Shown here: one piece after another, positions 1-8,984 of the stretch
Layout: every line of letters starts with the position of its first letter
Numbering within the stretch: the first letter of the stretch is position 1
The notes under the pieces: model-generated
Seen by the model: the letters and a program-made list of their open reading frames with translations, nothing else
Databases searched by the model: none
What the model was told of the DNA's origin: nothing
NCBI GenBank assembly: GCA_902481575.1
Contig: CABSWT010000003.1
Coordinates: 29,542-93,541, forward strand
From: an uncultured Atopobium sp.
GTDB lineage: Bacteria > Actinomycetota > Coriobacteriia > Coriobacteriales > Atopobiaceae
Direction: 5' to 3'
Length of the DNA: 64,000 nt
Program-made: the position numbers and the translations under genes

Positions 1-44
1 TTAGCATTTTCAAATCTTCGCAATGATGGAGATTGTTCATAATT

Positions 45-830
45 ATGAAAAAAATTACTTCATATATCTATCCTGCAATTTGTATATCATTGACTTCTTT
101 ATCCAGCTACGGCTCTATTTTAGCTTTTTGCATTCAATTTTTTATTGAACCTATTTTTTCATATCTATACTTTATTCTGTTTGGTATGCAGCTTTCTGCC
201 TCAAGTATGTCACTGTTTGTAGGAATTTTAACTTTATCGTCATGGCTTTCTGCAATGCAATGTTCGGCCAATATTATTGTTCAAGATCGATTTGCTAAAA
301 CAATTTTTATGTATTTGATTTCTCAAAACCGTGCAATGGTATTCTTTTTAATTAGATACATAACAATTACTGTTATTTGTTTTATGAGTTCTCTTGTAAC
401 CTCAGTTATTGTTCTTTATATTGCAGCAGCTGATGTTCTGACCCTACTTGTTCCTTTATGTATATTCCTTATTCTTGCTTCTCTTGGTGGCGCTATATTT
501 GGAGTATTTTCTTCAGTAATTGGTTTATTGTTAACTGATGGATTTGCTGTACTAAACTTATTATCAATAAGTATCCCCATACTTTCTGGAGCTGTTATAC
601 CACTTTATTTATTTCCAAACCCTTTGATTTCTATCTGCAAGTGCATTCCGATTTCATGGATTGTTGAAAGTGTCGGATTATTTTTGAGTTTTAATACAAG
701 TGATGCGTTTCTATTGTGTGGTTATGCGTTGCTCTTAGAACTTCTATGGATATTGATAACGCTTGCTTTCATCTCTTTTTGCAACAACAGACAGAGAATT
801 ACTGGTCAAATAGAGGGAATGCATTTGTAA
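45..830 (+). CDS. ABC-2 type transporter permease (AT-rich)
   Basis: About 6 hydrophobic segments; 'LSGAVIPLYLFP...IPISW' ABC-2 permease-like motif; ATG at 45 follows an upstream ORF ending TAA at 42; much more AT-rich than the rest of the window. Confidence 0.65.
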   Translation: MKKITSYIYPAICISLTSLSSYGSILAFCIQFFIEPIFSYLYFILFGMQLSASSMSLFVGILTLSSWLSAMQCSANIIVQDRFAKTIFMYLISQNRAMVFFLIRYITITVICFMSSLVTSVIVLYIAAADVLTLLVPLCIFLILASLGGAIFGVFSSVIGLLLTDGFAVLNLLSISIPILSGAVIPLYLFPNPLISICKCIPISWIVESVGLFLSFNTSDAFLLCGYALLLELLWILITLAFISFCNNRQRITGQIEGMHL

Positions 831-844
831 ATACTGTATAAAGA

Positions 845-893
845 TACCCATAAGGGGTAATTTCCTTCGGATATTAATAAACCATAAGGATAT
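845..893 (+). promoter_or_regulatory. Upstream CsoR operator-like pair (second copy degenerate)
   Basis: TACCCATAAGGGGTA at 845-859 and AAACCATAAGGATAT at 879-893; same 34-bp spacing as the csoR-proximal pair. Confidence 0.5.
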
Positions 894-926
894 TTGAAGG
901 AGGTTTTATGGGGATTATGGGCAGAT

Positions 927-956
927 AAAAACAGCGGCTTCGATCGCTGTTTTTTT
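927..956 (+). terminator. Intrinsic terminator
   Basis: AAAAACAGCG...CGCTGTTTTT inverted repeat followed by a T-run. Confidence 0.7.
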
Positions 957-957
957 C

Positions 958-1018
958 TTGCATAAAAATACCGTATGGGGGTATACTGTTTATAGTACTT
1001 AATACCCCCTATGGGTAT
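958..1018 (+). promoter_or_regulatory. csoR-copA promoter with two CsoR operators
   Basis: -35 TTGCAT (958), -10 TATACT (982); operators ATACCGTATGGGGGTAT (968-984) and ATACCCCCTATGGGTAT (1002-1018) fit the TACC...GGTA G/C-tract CsoR pattern. Confidence 0.8.
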
Positions 1019-1032
1019 GTAAAGGAGGAGAG

Positions 1033-1356
1033 ATGGCTCAGAAAGACAGCCAACCACAGGAAACTTGTTGTCATTGTGATCACAAGGCTACTCCTCGCTC
1101 AAATGAGCTTAAAAGTGGAGTTTCTCGCCGTATTAACCGTGCAATCGGCCAGTTAAATGGCATTAAAACAATGATCGATGAGGATCGTTATTGCGGAGAC
1201 GTCCTTATTCAGCTTGCAGCAGTTGAGTCTGCGGTTAAGGCCATCTCAAGAGAAGTAATGCAGGATCACCTGGAGTCTTGCGTGGTTGACCGCATCCAGT
1301 CGGGTGATACAGATGTTATTGATGAGGTCATGGACCTCTTTAAGCGTTTTATGTAA
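1033..1356 (+). CDS. csoR: Copper-sensing repressor, CsoR/RcnR family
   Basis: 'RINRAIGQLNGIKTMIDEDRYCGDVLIQLAAV...HLESCV' Cys-His-Cys signature; AGGAGG RBS; upstream of copA. Confidence 0.9.
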   Translation: MAQKDSQPQETCCHCDHKATPRSNELKSGVSRRINRAIGQLNGIKTMIDEDRYCGDVLIQLAAVESAVKAISREVMQDHLESCVVDRIQSGDTDVIDEVMDLFKRFM

Positions 1357-1365
1357 GGTGGCGTT

Positions 1366-3969
1366 ATGGATCAGAAAGTTTTTGATGTACAAGGAATGAC
1401 GTGTGCAAGTTGTTCTGCGCACGTAGAGAAGGCGGCAAACTCTGTTTCTGGTGTCTCTGAGGCTCGCGTTAATCTGCTTAAGAATTCTATGGAAGTTGAT
1501 TACGACGGTAATCCAGATACCCTCAAGCAGATTTCTGACGCAGTAAGCAAAGCAGGCTATGAGGCAACACCTCGTAGCGACAAAAAAGATTCTGCTGCAA
1601 CTACTAAGGCAGATGCTACCAATGCTTCAGAAAAGGCGGTAAAGCAAAAGAGGATTGAACTTATCTCCTCAATGGCGTTTGCCATTCCACTGTTCTATCT
1701 TGCCATGGGTGAGATGATGGGAGCACCTGTTCCGCCTGCTGTTTCTGGTATGAATGGCATGATGAACTTGGCTCTTACCGAACTCTTGCTTTGCATTCCT
1801 ATTCTGTTTATTTGTCGCCACTATTTTGTTGGTGGATTCCGCTCATTGCTGCATGGCGCTCCTAATATGGACTCGCTCATTGCGCTGGGCTCAGCAGCGT
1901 CGTTTGCCTACAGTGTTGTCAGTTTGTACCAGATGGCAAACGCTTTTGTTGCAGGAGACATTACTGCAGCTCACCAGGCAATGCACGGCATGTACTTTGA
2001 GTCCGCAGGTTTGATTCTTGCTCTGATTACCTTGGGTAAGTTCTTTGAGGCTCGCGCAAAAGGTCATACCACAGGTGCAATTAACGCACTTATGAACCTT
2101 GCCCCAAAGACTGCTATTCTCGTCAAAGACGGTGTTGAACAAGAAGTTCCTGCAGAGACCGTTGTGGTGGGAGACATTCTTGTGGTAAGGGCTGGTCAGT
2201 CAATTCCTGTTGATGGCCAGCTCATCGAGGGAGAAGGATCTGTCGATGAGTCCGCGATTACCGGAGAGCCCGTTCCTGTAAGTAAGACCGTTGGCGATTC
2301 CGTGACAGGTGCTACGGTATCTACCGGCGGCTGGTTTAAGATGCGTGCCACCGCTGTTGGCGATGACACTACACTTGCAGGCATTATCCGCCTGGTTGAC
2401 GAGGCAACAAGCTCCAAAGCACCTATCGAGCGTCTTGCTGACAGCATTGCTGGCATCTTTGTCCCCGTTGTTATTGGAATTGCGCTGGTAACCTTTGCAG
2501 CATGGTTTGTCTTTGTGGCACCTGGTGACTTTGCGGTTGCTCTCTCGCACGCTGTTGCTGTTCTGGTTATTTCGTGCCCTTGTGCACTTGGTCTGGCAAC
2601 ACCTACTGCCATCATGGTAGGCACTGGTTTGGGCGCTTCAAATGGTATTTTGGTCAAGTCTGCCGAGGCACTTGAGGGCGCAGTCCGAGCAACCGTGGTT
2701 GTTCTTGATAAGACCGGAACGCTTACTGAGGGCAAGCCGAGCGTAACTGACGTACTTTGTGCAGGTGGAACTTCCGAGCACCAGCTACTTGAGTATGCAT
2801 ATGCGCTTGAGCAAAAGAGCGAACATCCACTTGCGCAGGCAATTGTTACATACGCTCAAGAGAAGCTTGGAGAGTCTGCAGGTAGCTTTGTTGATGTACA
2901 GGAGTTCTCACAGGTTGCTGGTGGTGGCCTTACGGCAAAGGTTGGCGAGAAACGCCTTGTAGCAGGAAACGCTCGTCTGATGGAGCAGGAGGGCATCAGC
3001 ACACAAGAGCTGACTTCCCAGGCTCAACAGCTAGCTGAACAGGCAAAAACACCGCTGTACTTTGCACTTGAGGGTAAGCTTCTTGGCGTCATTGCCGTGG
3101 CCGACAAGGTTAAGCAGACCAGTGCGTCTACCATTGCTCGTCTTCGTGCTATGGGCGTTAAGTCTGTCATGCTTACCGGAGATCAGGCAACAACGGCAAA
3201 CGTCATAGGTAAGGAGCTTGGCGTTGACCAGGTTATCTCTGATGTCTTGCCAAGCCAAAAAGAGTCTTACATTAGGCAGTTCCAGGACGCTGGAGAAAAC
3301 GTTGTCATGGTAGGCGATGGCATCAACGATGCTCCAGCACTCGCGCGAGCAAACGTGGGAATTGCAATTGGTGCAGGTACCGATGTTGCTATTGAGTCTG
3401 CTGACATTGTCTTGATGAAGTCTGATCCAGCTGATGTTGCAACTTCAATTGAGCTTTCTCGTGCCACCATGACCAATATCAAGGAGAACCTGTTCTGGGC
3501 TCTGTTCTATAACACCATTTGTATCCCTGTTGCTATGGGCCTGTTGTATCCATTTGGCATTTCGCTTAACCCTATGATCGGTGCAGCTGCCATGGGCTTC
3601 TCGTCAGTCTTTGTTGTATGCAATGCACTGCGCCTGCGTACCTGGAAGCCAAAGAATACCAGCTCAACAACTCGCCAAGACGCTCATGACACAAAACCAG
3701 TCATTGACGTTCAACCTAAGTCCACAAACGACGCACCTGCGTCACAGAAGGAGGAATCTTATATGGAGAAGAAACTAAACGTAGAGGGCATGTCTTGCCA
3801 GCACTGTGTTGCACACGTCACACAGGCTCTTGAGGCTGTCGAGGGTGTCTCTAAGGCAACCGTTTCACTTGACGAGAAGAGCGCTGTAGTTGAGCTGTCT
3901 TCTGATGTCGCTGATAGCGCATTGGTTGACGCTGTTGTTCAGGCAGGATATGAGGCTACTATTGCCTAA
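1366..3969 (+). CDS. copA: Copper-translocating P1B-type ATPase with N- and C-terminal HMA domains
   Basis: [36 protein letters not shown] and MxxSS motifs; C-terminal GMSCQHC domain. Confidence 0.95.
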   Translation: MDQKVFDVQGMTCASCSAHVEKAANSVSGVSEARVNLLKNSMEVDYDGNPDTLKQISDAVSKAGYEATPRSDKKDSAATTKADATNASEKAVKQKRIELISSMAFAIPLFYLAMGEMMGAPVPPAVSGMNGMMNLALTELLLCIPILFICRHYFVGGFRSLLHGAPNMDSLIALGSAASFAYSVVSLYQMANAFVAGDITAAHQAMHGMYFESAGLILALITLGKFFEARAKGHTTGAINALMNLAPKTAILVKDGVEQEVPAETVVVGDILVVRAGQSIPVDGQLIEGEGSVDESAITGEPVPVSKTVGDSVTGATVSTGGWFKMRATAVGDDTTLAGIIRLVDEATSSKAPIERLADSIAGIFVPVVIGIALVTFAAWFVFVAPGDFAVALSHAVAVLVISCPCALGLATPTAIMVGTGLGASNGILVKSAEALEGAVRATVVVLDKTGTLTEGKPSVTDVLCAGGTSEHQLLEYAYALEQKSEHPLAQAIVTYAQEKLGESAGSFVDVQEFSQVAGGGLTAKVGEKRLVAGNARLMEQEGISTQELTSQAQQLAEQAKTPLYFALEGKLLGVIAVADKVKQTSASTIARLRAMGVKSVMLTGDQATTANVIGKELGVDQVISDVLPSQKESYIRQFQDAGENVVMVGDGINDAPALARANVGIAIGAGTDVAIESADIVLMKSDPADVATSIELSRATMTNIKENLFWALFYNTICIPVAMGLLYPFGISLNPMIGAAAMGFSSVFVVCNALRLRTWKPKNTSSTTRQDAHDTKPVIDVQPKSTNDAPASQKEESYMEKKLNVEGMSCQHCVAHVTQALEAVEGVSKATVSLDEKSAVVELSSDVADSALVDAVVQAGYEATIA

Positions 3970-4957
3970 GGTAGGCAAGTAGACGGTCCTTCTCGCTAGA
4001 ATCACTAAATACCGCACGTGCAGCATTTTCAGCTAGCTCACGTGCGGTATTTTTGTCTAGACCGCAGTGCTGCTGCAAAAGTTCAAACTCGCGCGAGAGA
4101 GTAGTGTTGGAGACAGTCATGTTGTCCGTGTTGATAGTGATCGTCAGGCCAGCATCAAGCAGTTGCTCAAGCGGGAAGCGCTCTATTGACTCAAAGATGC
4201 GCGTTTGAAGGTTGCTGGTAGGGCAAATCTCAAGCGCAACATTTGCAGCCTTGAGGTCCTGGATAACGCCTGCGTCCTCCAAAGAGCGAACACCGTGGCC
4301 AATGCGTTGTGCGCCAAGTCGAAGTGCAGCCTTGATGCTTTCTGGGCCAGCTGCTTCTCCCGCGTGGATAGTAAAAGGAACGTCTTTTCTTTGTGCTTCA
4401 GTAAAAAGTGACGAGAAATTCTCTGTGGCAAAGAGTGCTTCTGCTCCTGCTAAGTCTGCAGCTACAACGCCATTCCCAAGATACGCTGCAGCCAGATCAA
4501 TTGACTCTTCATTTTTGTGCTTAAGCTCTTCACCTGTGCCACGCATAGCACAAATAATGTATGCCGTGTGGAGCGCTGACTGTGGATGCTCTGCATAGAA
4601 GTCAGCTCTACCAGCAAGAGCAGCTTCAAGAATTTCTTGCTGAGAAAGACCTCCTGTAGTAAGACTCCCTGGTGCAAAGCGGGGTTCAGCGTAGAGAATG
4701 CCCTCTGCGTCAAGTTGCTCGTGAAATGCCTTTGCAACCGTACGAATGCCTTGTGCTGACTGCATAAGCTTGAGCGGCAGCTCAAATGTAGCAAGATACT
4801 GGTTAAGATCCTGGCAATGAGCTGGGACTTGCATCTTTTCTTTGAGTTCAGCCAAAGAGAAATCAAGTCCCGCATCTGCTGCAAGTTGAGCTGCGGCAGG
4901 AAGTGGGATTGATCCATCAAGGTGGACATGCAAATCGATAAGAGCACAGGAGCTCAT
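3959..4957 (-). CDS. add: Adenosine deaminase
   Basis: [31 protein letters not shown] motifs. Confidence 0.9.
   Translation of the reverse strand: MSSCALIDLHVHLDGSIPLPAAAQLAADAGLDFSLAELKEKMQVPAHCQDLNQYLATFELPLKLMQSAQGIRTVAKAFHEQLDAEGILYAEPRFAPGSLTTGGLSQQEILEAALAGRADFYAEHPQSALHTAYIICAMRGTGEELKHKNEESIDLAAAYLGNGVVAADLAGAEALFATENFSSLFTEAQRKDVPFTIHAGEAAGPESIKAALRLGAQRIGHGVRSLEDAGVIQDLKAANVALEICPTSNLQTRIFESIERFPLEQLLDAGLTITINTDNMTVSNTTLSREFELLQQHCGLDKNTARELAENAARAVFSDSSEKDRLLAYLRQ
4007..4054 (+). terminator. copA terminator embedded in the 3' end of add
   Basis: Perfect 14-bp inverted repeat AAATACCGCACGTG / CACGTGCGGTATTT plus T-run. Confidence 0.6.
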
Positions 4958-5002
4958 GGCGCCTCCTACAAGAATCGTATGCTATGGCGCAAAGAGCGCA
5001 AA

Positions 5003-6046
5003 CTAGATAGCTACATCATACGGTAGGGAAGTGGCGTTTTCCAAATCGTTTGCAAGTTTTTCAAACTGGTATCCATTGACGCGCTCAAGCAGATGCACTT
5101 CATCAGGCAAAACGTCATAGTGAATCTGTGAACAAATAGCGCAGGCAATAGATCCAATGGTGTCCGTATCTCCACCCATCTCCGCAGCTATTCTCGCCGC
5201 TCTAGAAACTTTTCCTTGAGAAAGCTTAACTACCGCAAGAACTGCAGGTATTGTCTCTATAGTTTCATAACCACAGCCGCAGTAGTCGTAGATGTCTCTT
5301 GAAGCGGCTAAGGGAGCCTCAAGGTTTTTGGTACCCTCGCAGAATTCCAATGCCATGATGCACTTTTGATACATGCTAGGCATAGGCATTTGTGTACCAA
5401 TTTTTGTGTAGAGAGCTCGGTGTCCGTAACTTAAAGCAGTTTCAAGAGCGTCCTCAACCGTAAACGAGTTTTCAGAAAGACCTCTACTTATGGCGGCCAC
5501 GATCATTGCTGCGCCCATAATGGCTACGTTGGTTCCGTGCGTAGGAAGCGCAAGCTCAGTAACGCTGTTAATGAGCGCATGTTTGTCTTTCCAGCTCACA
5601 ATTGAAGCCATCGGCGCACATTTCATGGCACATCCGTTAGTGGTTCCAAGGCGACCACACGTTTTAAGCGAGTGGCCAGAAAGTCGATTGGCTAACGCAG
5701 CTCTTGTGGAAGGGCCAACTACCTGAGCAGCGTTTGGCTCTGTTGCCACATAATTTTCTAGCGCATCAAAGTAGCGGGATTGGTTAAAAACTCCCTGGTT
5801 ATCAATGATGTTTTTAGTCAAAATGATTGCGTTTGCGGTGTCATCTGTAGTCTGACCTGCGGTAAAAGGTCTTCCAAAAAAGTCATTTTTAGGTGGATTT
5901 GAAAGACTTTGAACTCCATCAGGAAATGCAAAATCAATTTGGTGTGGTGACATCATCTCTGTTGGCATGCCATAGGCGTCGCCATAGGCAAGGGCCGTAA
6001 GCATCCTATAGAGTTTGATTTTTCTTGCCGTATTCATGTTACTCAC
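5003..6046 (-). CDS. ADP-ribosylglycohydrolase family protein
   Basis: GDAYGMPTE, TDDT, TNGCAM, GGDTDTIGSIA motifs; start GTG 6046 or ATG 6037. Confidence 0.85.
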   Translation of the reverse strand: MSNMNTARKIKLYRMLTALAYGDAYGMPTEMMSPHQIDFAFPDGVQSLSNPPKNDFFGRPFTAGQTTDDTANAIILTKNIIDNQGVFNQSRYFDALENYVATEPNAAQVVGPSTRAALANRLSGHSLKTCGRLGTTNGCAMKCAPMASIVSWKDKHALINSVTELALPTHGTNVAIMGAAMIVAAISRGLSENSFTVEDALETALSYGHRALYTKIGTQMPMPSMYQKCIMALEFCEGTKNLEAPLAASRDIYDYCGCGYETIETIPAVLAVVKLSQGKVSRAARIAAEMGGDTDTIGSIACAICSQIHYDVLPDEVHLLERVNGYQFEKLANDLENATSLPYDVAI

Positions 6047-6134
6047 GCTTCTTTATGTCAGAAGAACGTGATGTTTTGACTCTGCAGAGACTCTTGTTAC
6101 CCGCAGAGATAAGCTTCTCATAGCAGCATGCCAT
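6039..6134 (-). CDS. Putative 31-aa small ORF (MACCYEKLISAGNKSLCRVKTSRSSDIKKRE)
   Basis: RBS GAGGGGAG just before ATG; stop abuts the ADP-ribosylglycohydrolase start. Confidence 0.3.
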   Translation of the reverse strand: MACCYEKLISAGNKSLCRVKTSRSSDIKKRE

Positions 6135-6151
6135 GATTGCTCCCCTCAATT

Positions 6152-6275
6152 AGATATTCTCTGTCTTTGCAGGTTTTTTCTTTACTGTGCCGTAAGGAAT
6201 GCCTCACTCCTTAGATCCTTACTTTCCCAGCTTGTAGTCGCAATACAAGCTAGATGGCTCAGACAGAAAATATCT
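6152..6275 (-). ncRNA. Candidate structured cis-regulatory RNA or small inverted-repeat element
   Basis: 15-bp outer inverted repeat enclosing two internal hairpins. Confidence 0.35.
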
Positions 6276-6471
6276 CCCCCAAGTATGTTTAAAGATATCA
6301 AATATTTAAGTATTACTACATGGGGTAAGGCTTATTAATCGGTAGGCGGTAGCTGAAGAGAGTTTAGAGGTTTTGTGCTCACAATAGTGACTACATGCTG
6401 TCTTATATTCTCTCTAACGCACTGAGCCATTGCTGGGTAAAATGGTTTGTAGCAATCTGAAAGGAATGGAC

Positions 6472-7434
6472 ATGCCCGCAATTTTGACTCATGACTTCTT
6501 TGGCAAGGATGCCTTTGATATAGCTGCAGGCAAACTTGGTTTTTCTACGATGGAGGAGCGAGAAGCTTTTCTGTTGGGTAACCAAGGTCCAGATCCACTG
6601 TTTTATTTAGCAGCAGATCCGCTACTACATCGCTATGCCAAATACGCATCAATCATGCATAAAGAAAAAACGCCTGAACTCCTTCTTTCTATGCGAGACG
6701 CAATTGCACCTCTGCCACTTAAAGACGTTGCGGTTGCTCGCGCCTATATTGCGGGATTCCTCTGCCACTATATGCTTGATTCCACTGCTCATCCTTTTGT
6801 CTATTACTGGCAAAACATGCTTACCTCTCAAGGCGTAGAGGGCTTGGATGAATCTGCCAAAAATCAAGTGCATGCAGAGATCGAGAAGGACCTTGATGAG
6901 GCAATTCTTTACGCCCATCTTGGTAAAACGGTAGCTACCTATAGGCCTTATAGCGAGGTTTTGAAGGCATCGCTGCATACGCTTTACGTTTTGGATAGGG
7001 TGTTTTTCTTTGCGTTGCTATGGACGTATGAAAAACCTACCGATACCAGGATTTTCTCGTCAGCTGCTGTTGATTTTAGGATTATCCAGCATCTAGCGTA
7101 TTCGCCGACAGGTAAGAAGAGAAAGCTACTTGGTCATCTTGAGCGTACCTTTGGTACAAATAGATTTTCGTTGATTGAGGCGCTCTCTCACGGAGCAAGG
7201 GAATCTTCTGATTCTGATTTTGATAACAGAGCGGGAAATGAGTGGATTGATCCTTTTACGGGAGAGGTGCGCAAAGAGAGCTTCTGGGATTTGTATGACC
7301 ATGCGCTGGCAAATGTGCCTTATGCACTTGACGTTTTCTTCTCGCCAGACTTTAATCTTGATACTGCAAAAGAGCTTACGCAAAATCTGAACTTTGATGG
7401 TCAGACGCTTGCAGATGAAGGTTCGACAGAATAG
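6472..7434 (+). CDS. Zinc-dependent phospholipase C family protein
   Basis: 'MPAILTH', 'GNQGPDPLFY', 'GFLCHYMLDSTAHPFV', 'HAEIE' motifs. Confidence 0.75.
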   Translation: MPAILTHDFFGKDAFDIAAGKLGFSTMEEREAFLLGNQGPDPLFYLAADPLLHRYAKYASIMHKEKTPELLLSMRDAIAPLPLKDVAVARAYIAGFLCHYMLDSTAHPFVYYWQNMLTSQGVEGLDESAKNQVHAEIEKDLDEAILYAHLGKTVATYRPYSEVLKASLHTLYVLDRVFFFALLWTYEKPTDTRIFSSAAVDFRIIQHLAYSPTGKKRKLLGHLERTFGTNRFSLIEALSHGARESSDSDFDNRAGNEWIDPFTGEVRKESFWDLYDHALANVPYALDVFFSPDFNLDTAKELTQNLNFDGQTLADEGSTE

Positions 7435-7440
7435 GTTTTT

Positions 7441-8220
7441 GTGGCAACGTACGTTTTTTCTGATATTCACGGTCATGTGGAGCCGCTTAGGCGTGCTCTA
7501 GAGCGTATTAATCCAACCGAGTCAGACGTGTTCTATTGTCTTGGTGACATGATTGATCGTGGTCCTAGCTCGCTTGCCACTATTAAGACAATTCGCGAGC
7601 TTCCTAACTGTACGGTTTTAATGGGCAATCATGAGCAGCTTGCGCTGCAAGCGTTGGACCCAGAAGCCGATATTGAAGCTCAGTTCATGTGGCAGATTAA
7701 CGGGGGAGACGCAACACTTGCTGAGCTCAAGACGCTTTCTGAAGAAGAATATGGTGAGCTGATTGACTGGTTGCAGGCGCTTCCTTTGTACGCCACCGTT
7801 GAGGTCCAAGGCAGAGATTTTGTTCTGGTTCATGCGGGCGTAAGGTCTAACGGTGTTCCCTTGCCAACCGCCTGGGATAAGGCTTCTTTGGAGCAGTACT
7901 TAAGTAAGCAGTCTGAAAACGATCTTTTGTGGATTCGTGAAGAGTTCTGGCAATATCCTACGGATTTCCGCACGTCAGAAGCAGCGTATCCTATTGTAAT
8001 TTGTGGCCATACACCCACTCCTTTGTTAGCAAGTTTTGGTGCAAAAAACTTGAATCGCAGCGCCACTACTCCTGATGGTCTTGCGCAATGGGTCCAGTCA
8101 GATGGCGATAAGTGGGGAATTGACACGGGCACTACAGGTGGAGCCGGCTATGGCCAAGTAACTGTGCTGCGCCTTGATGATTTGCAGGAGTTTGTTGAGC
8201 CGCTGCAAGAAGGCGAGTAA
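7441..8220 (+). CDS. Metallophosphoesterase (PPP/PrpA-like Ser/Thr phosphatase family)
   Basis: SDIHG, LGDMIDRG, GNHE, VHAG, GHTP, IDTG. Confidence 0.85.
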   Translation: MATYVFSDIHGHVEPLRRALERINPTESDVFYCLGDMIDRGPSSLATIKTIRELPNCTVLMGNHEQLALQALDPEADIEAQFMWQINGGDATLAELKTLSEEEYGELIDWLQALPLYATVEVQGRDFVLVHAGVRSNGVPLPTAWDKASLEQYLSKQSENDLLWIREEFWQYPTDFRTSEAAYPIVICGHTPTPLLASFGAKNLNRSATTPDGLAQWVQSDGDKWGIDTGTTGGAGYGQVTVLRLDDLQEFVEPLQEGE

Positions 8221-8222
8221 TC

Positions 8223-8780
8223 GTGGCTGCAAACAGACCTCAGCCTGCTGGCGATGCTGCCAAAACTGCGCTTACGCATGTAGAGAACACGCTCGATCCC
8301 ATTATTTTCCCGGACTCTCGCGTGCTGCTTTTGGGATCAATGCCTAGTCCCAAGTCCCGAGAAATTGGCTTTTACTTTGGCAATCCTCAGAATAGATTCT
8401 GGCGCGTAGTTGCTGCGCTATATGGCGAGAAACCCCTCAAGTCCATACCTGAAAAGATTGACTTCTGTAAAAGACATCATCTTGCCCTTTGTGACGTGCT
8501 TAAGGCTTGTGACATTAAGGGTGCAAGTGATGCTTCTATTGCAAATCCGGTTCCGCACAACATTGGTGCTCTTATTCAAGATTCATCAATCTGCGCTATT
8601 TTTACGCTTGGTGGGACGGCAACAAAATTTTATAAGCGTTATACCGAGCAACAAACCGGTATTCCTGCACGTCAACTACCCTCTACAAGCCCTGCTAATG
8701 CACGTATGTCAGTTGATGATTTAGTGGAAGAATTTTCCATTATCAAAAAATTTACCAATTGTGAGTTGACAATATCCTAG
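8223..8780 (+). CDS. Uracil-DNA glycosylase superfamily, family 6 (hypoxanthine/deoxyinosine DNA glycosylase-like)
   Basis: LLGSMPSPKS, GNPQNRFW, LPSTSPAN. Confidence 0.8.
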   Translation: MAANRPQPAGDAAKTALTHVENTLDPIIFPDSRVLLLGSMPSPKSREIGFYFGNPQNRFWRVVAALYGEKPLKSIPEKIDFCKRHHLALCDVLKACDIKGASDASIANPVPHNIGALIQDSSICAIFTLGGTATKFYKRYTEQQTGIPARQLPSTSPANARMSVDDLVEEFSIIKKFTNCELTIS

Positions 8781-8793
8781 TTGCAGCTAGGAT
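8766..8793 (+). promoter_or_regulatory. Sigma70-type promoter overlapping a palindrome
   Basis: TTGACA (8766-8771), TAGGAT (8788-8793); ATCCTAG-N6-CTAGGAT palindrome at 8774-8793. Confidence 0.6.
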
Positions 8794-8800
8794 TATACGC

Positions 8801-8887
8801 ATGCGAATTATGGCTACGACATACACTGCACTTTGTGCATGCACCGCGATGTGTCTGGTGCCCGGGTCACATACGACCAGGGTGTAA
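8801..8887 (+). CDS. Putative leaderless Cys-containing leader peptide (MRIMATTYTALCACTAMCLVPGSHTTRV)
   Basis: ATG 7 nt after the -10; three clustered Cys codons; upstream of the cysteine ABC transporter; alternative hairpins. Confidence 0.6.
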   Translation: MRIMATTYTALCACTAMCLVPGSHTTRV

Positions 8888-8984
8888 TTGTCGCTGAGCA
8901 AAATTTTCCTGGTATAGACTCGGGCGTAAAGCTATTTTGTAACTCTTGTGTGAGTATTCACACATCCCGAGAGGATTTATTCGC

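Noticed and set aside
6152..6275. Cobalamin or purine riboswitch assignment
   Set aside because: Only fragments (GGGAA, ACCTGC) resemble the B12 box; core conserved elements were not found, so it is left unassigned.
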